Shown here piece after piece: positions 61,050 to 64,000 of a stretch of 64,000 bases of DNA (position 1 is its first letter; each line of letters starts with the position of its first letter). Source of the stretch: Acidobacteriota bacterium. Its GTDB lineage: Bacteria; Acidobacteriota; Vicinamibacteria; Vicinamibacterales; 2-12-FULL-66-21. The position numbers and the translations under genes are program-made. A model generated the notes under the pieces. That model did not search any database. It had not been told where the DNA came from and saw only the letters and a program-made list of their open reading frames with translations. The stretch lies in the NCBI GenBank assembly GCA_046726015.1, contig JBKOZS010000085.1:9953-73952 (forward strand). The letters run 5' to 3'.

Positions 61050-63946
61050 TGCGTGTCGCCGCGCTCGTCCTGTTGTCCTTGATCGCGGGCCTTCCGCCGG
61101 TCGCGTATGCACGCGACCAGCGCACGTCTGACGCGCAGGTTCCCGCGTCCGCGTACGTCGGACGTCCCGTCAACATCGTCGGGATCCTGATCGAGGGATC
61201 ACCCGCGCTCGAGCCGCGCCTGTTCTCGCTCGTCTCGACACGCCAGGGACAGCCGCTGTCGATGGTCGACGTGCGCGAGACCATCACGCACTTCTACAGT
61301 CTCGGCAGGTTCGAGGACATCCAGGTCGAAGCGGAAAACGGCCCGAACGGGACCGTGAACGTGCGCTATCTGCTCGATCCGATCCACGCGGTGAGCGCCG
61401 TCAAGTTCCGCGGCCAGCTCGCCCTGCCAGAGTCGATGCTGCGCGATCGCATGACGGAGCGTTTCGGCCCCACGCCGCCACTCGGCCGCGCCGCCGAAGT
61501 CGCGGCGGCGCTCGAGGATCTCTACCGCGACCACGGATACCTCCAGGCGGACGTGCGAGTCGGCGCGCCGATCGTGGAGCACGATCCCGACCGCACCACG
61601 CTCGTGTTCGAGGTCGACCCCGAACCTCGTGCTCGTATTTCACAGGTCAAGATCGTCGGCGATCCAAAGGAGCCAGAGGCCGAGTTCATTCAGCGGCTCG
61701 GCGTGCAGCCAGGGCAGCCCTATCAGCCCGCGGAAATACGAGCCAGGCTCGCCGAGTCCGTCCAGCGTCTGCGTCGTCGCGGCTTGTACCAGGCGACGGC
61801 GACGGTTGACTCAGCAACGATTAGTCCCGATCGACTGTACGCGGACGTGGTGATCGCGGTTCGTCCCGGACTGCTGGTGACCGTGCGCTTCGAGGGAGAC
61901 CCGATCCCGAAGGAAAAGCTGTCGGAGTTCGTGCCGATCGAGCGTGAGGGGTCGGTTGACGAGGATTTGCTCGAGGATGCCAAGAACCGGATCACCGCGT
62001 ACCTCGCGGAGCAGGGGTACTGGCGCGCGAATGTCACACATACGGAGCAGGACGGACCGGGTACTCTGACGATCGTCTTTCGCGTCGCGCGCGGCCTCAG
62101 GTATCACGTCGGTCCTGGCGGCGTCGAGGTCAGTGGCAACGCATCAATCAACACCGAGGAGTTCAGGCCAGCTCTTCGGACCCTCGCGCCTGGCGATCCG
62201 TTCGTCGCAGCCAGGCTCGACGCGATCGTCGGGGCCATCACTGAGATCTATCGGAAGCGGGGGCTCGCCACGATGACAGCGGCCTCTGATGTGCAGGAAA
62301 TGCAGCCCGGCGTGGTCCGTCCCGTCATCGTGATTACGGAAGGGCCGCGGGTGACGATCGGAACAATCTCCTTCGAGGAGAACTCGGGGATCAAGGCGGA
62401 GCAGCTGCAGGCGCGGGTGAAGACGAAAACCGGCGATCCGTACTATGGTCCCACCATCGCCGCCGATCGTGAGGCCATCCTCGTCGAGTACTTGAATCAA
62501 GGGTACTCGACCGCGAATGTCACGGTGACGCCGCAACTCTCGCCGGACGGCACCATTGCCGACCTCCGGTTCAAGATCGTCGAAGGCCCGCAAACGATCG
62601 TCGACCACATCATCGTCGTCGGCAACACACGCACGCAGGAATCGGTGATTCGCCGCGAACTGCAGCTCGAAGAAGGGAAGCCGCTCGGCCTCGAGGATCT
62701 TCTCGAGAGCCAGCGGCGCCTGAGCGCCCTGGGCTTGTTCCGCCGCGTGCGCATCACGCCGATCGCGCATGGCAATTCCGGCGACCACGACGTGCTTGTC
62801 ACGGTGGAAGAGGCACTGCGGACGACGATTGGCTATGGCGGCGGCGCCGAAGTCAATCGATTGCTCGAAGCCGATCCGGTCACCGGTGAAGCGCGCGAGA
62901 ACCTCGAGTTCGCGCCGCGCGGATTCTTCGAAATCGGACGGCGGAACATCGGCGGCCGTAACCGGTCGGCCAACCTCTATACGCGCTTGAGTCTCAGGCC
63001 GAACCGCGATCCTGAGAATCCGAAGACGTTCGGCTTTGCCGAGTACCGTGTTGTTGGCACCTATCGCCAGCCACGCCCATTCCGGGGCGCCGGCGAGTTC
63101 ACCGCCACCGCTGCGGTCGAACAAGGCGTGCGTTCCAGCTTCAACTTCAGCCGCAAGGGCGCCAACGCGGAAGTTACGCGGCGTCTCTCGAACATCCTTC
63201 GCGGCAGCGCGCGGTATGCCTTTACCACGACGCGCATCTTCGACGTGCAGCTTGATGCGAACGATCCGCTGACACCGATCATCGATCGCCTGTTTCCGCA
63301 GGTGCGGTTGTCGGCGTTTTCGGTGGCCGTCGCCCGCGACACGCGCGACGACGTGCTCGAGCCGCAACGCGGGATGCTGCTTACGGCCGATGGCACAATC
63401 GCGGCACGTGTCATCGGGTCGGAGGTCGGTTTTGCGAAGACCTTCTTGCAAGGCTTCGTGTACCGCAATCTCGGTCGCCCGAACCTCGTGTTTGCGGGCG
63501 GCGTCCGTCTCGGCCTCGTAAACCCGTTTGCACGCGAGACGGGGGACCGAGTCGTTCAACAAGTGCCGGCGAGCGAACGTTTCTTCGTCGGAGGCGACAC
63601 GACGATTCGAGGCTACGCGCTCGACAGCGTAGGTGCGCCAGGGACAATCAGCCCGAACGGCTTTCCGATTGGCGGTAACGCGGTCATCATTCTCAATGGT
63701 GAATTGCGCACGCCGATCTGGCACGAGGTCGCCGGCGCGGTGTTCATCGACGGAGGGAACGTGTTCCCGAGCGCAGCGGACTTCGACATTGGCCAGCTGC
63801 GCGGCGCCATCGGGTTCGGCATCCGGTACCGATCGCCGTTCGGTCCGATCCGCGTCGATCTCGGGTTCAAGCTGGATCGCCAGGTGATTGCCGGCCGGCT
63901 CGAGTCGCGAACCGGGCTGCATTTCAGTATCGGGCAAGCGTTCTAA
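61049..63946 (+). CDS. bamA: Omp85-family outer-membrane protein assembly factor (multi-POTRA, BamA-like)
   Basis: Repeated POTRA-like modules ('I..I.I.G...'). C-terminal barrel 'FFVGGDTTIRGY', 'RVDLGFKL', ending '...HFSIGQAF'. Confidence 0.85.
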   Translation: MRVAALVLLSLIAGLPPVAYARDQRTSDAQVPASAYVGRPVNIVGILIEGSPALEPRLFSLVSTRQGQPLSMVDVRETITHFYSLGRFEDIQVEAENGPNGTVNVRYLLDPIHAVSAVKFRGQLALPESMLRDRMTERFGPTPPLGRAAEVAAALEDLYRDHGYLQADVRVGAPIVEHDPDRTTLVFEVDPEPRARISQVKIVGDPKEPEAEFIQRLGVQPGQPYQPAEIRARLAESVQRLRRRGLYQATATVDSATISPDRLYADVVIAVRPGLLVTVRFEGDPIPKEKLSEFVPIEREGSVDEDLLEDAKNRITAYLAEQGYWRANVTHTEQDGPGTLTIVFRVARGLRYHVGPGGVEVSGNASINTEEFRPALRTLAPGDPFVAARLDAIVGAITEIYRKRGLATMTAASDVQEMQPGVVRPVIVITEGPRVTIGTISFEENSGIKAEQLQARVKTKTGDPYYGPTIAADREAILVEYLNQGYSTANVTVTPQLSPDGTIADLRFKIVEGPQTIVDHIIVVGNTRTQESVIRRELQLEEGKPLGLEDLLESQRRLSALGLFRRVRITPIAHGNSGDHDVLVTVEEALRTTIGYGGGAEVNRLLEADPVTGEARENLEFAPRGFFEIGRRNIGGRNRSANLYTRLSLRPNRDPENPKTFGFAEYRVVGTYRQPRPFRGAGEFTATAAVEQGVRSSFNFSRKGANAEVTRRLSNILRGSARYAFTTTRIFDVQLDANDPLTPIIDRLFPQVRLSAFSVAVARDTRDDVLEPQRGMLLTADGTIAARVIGSEVGFAKTFLQGFVYRNLGRPNLVFAGGVRLGLVNPFARETGDRVVQQVPASERFFVGGDTTIRGYALDSVGAPGTISPNGFPIGGNAVIILNGELRTPIWHEVAGAVFIDGGNVFPSAADFDIGQLRGAIGFGIRYRSPFGPIRVDLGFKLDRQVIAGRLESRTGLHFSIGQAF

Positions 63947-63971
63947 CGCCTGCCGTTTGCAGTGAGCTCAT

Positions 63972-64000
63972 ATGAGGACGAAGGCGCTTCTACTCGTCGC
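63972..64000 (+). CDS. start of a secreted protein (MRTKALLLV...), possibly Skp/OmpH by position; truncated by the window end
   Basis: ATG at 63972 followed by a signal-peptide-like start. Only 9 codons are visible. Confidence 0.25.

Noticed and set aside
57552-63937. Long antisense ORFs (57552-58883, 62144-63937) opposite tamB and bamA
   Set aside because: Both are Arg/Asp/Glu-rich frames opposite genes with clear family features. No independent evidence supports them.

Overview
GC-rich ~64 kb chromosomal segment from a diderm bacterium (lpxC, bamA, tamB present). Taxonomy cannot be set by eye; sigma-54 activators, ECF sigma factors and a PEGA protein would fit an Acidobacteriota-like lineage (guess). 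About 58 protein genes are supported; I found no convincing rRNA, tRNA, CRISPR or transposase. Housekeeping blocks: mtgA, uvrA, lpxC, lysA, tmk; an rplU-rpmA / obg-nadD-rsfS cluster; dprA-topA-trmFO-xerC; hslVU; transaldolase; a three-subunit acyl-CoA carboxylase; tamB-bamA. Between xerC and hslV lies a ~20 kb block (28.2-48.4 kb). It carries two two-component systems, an ABC-F gene, an ECF sigma/anti-sigma set, and the main candidate novelty. That candidate is a minus-strand operon (34.8-40.0 kb) encoding three tandem paralogous small secreted proteins, a two-domain PapD-like periplasmic protein and an 878-aa predicted barrel + 2 beta-sandwich + SPOR protein. A fourth paralogue sits convergently downstream, and the operon is preceded by an unusual HTH/REC regulatory module. 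I read it as an undescribed chaperone-usher-like surface-fibre system. Other points: (1) an in-frame TAA separates an ABC-F protein from its conserved C-terminal domain; (2) a repeat element with a terminator-like hairpin sits in frame inside trmFO, with a second copy at 48.2 kb; (3) a family of intergenic hairpins has arms that are 7-nt-period micro-tandem arrays, and one array runs into the obg coding end; (4) a perfect 3x19-bp tandem repeat lies in a divergent promoter region; (5) a receiver-less sigma-54-activator-like gene with degenerate catalytic motifs is translationally coupled into the obg-nadD-rsfS operon. All protein calls rest on motif recognition by eye in the supplied ORF translations. 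No database search was run.
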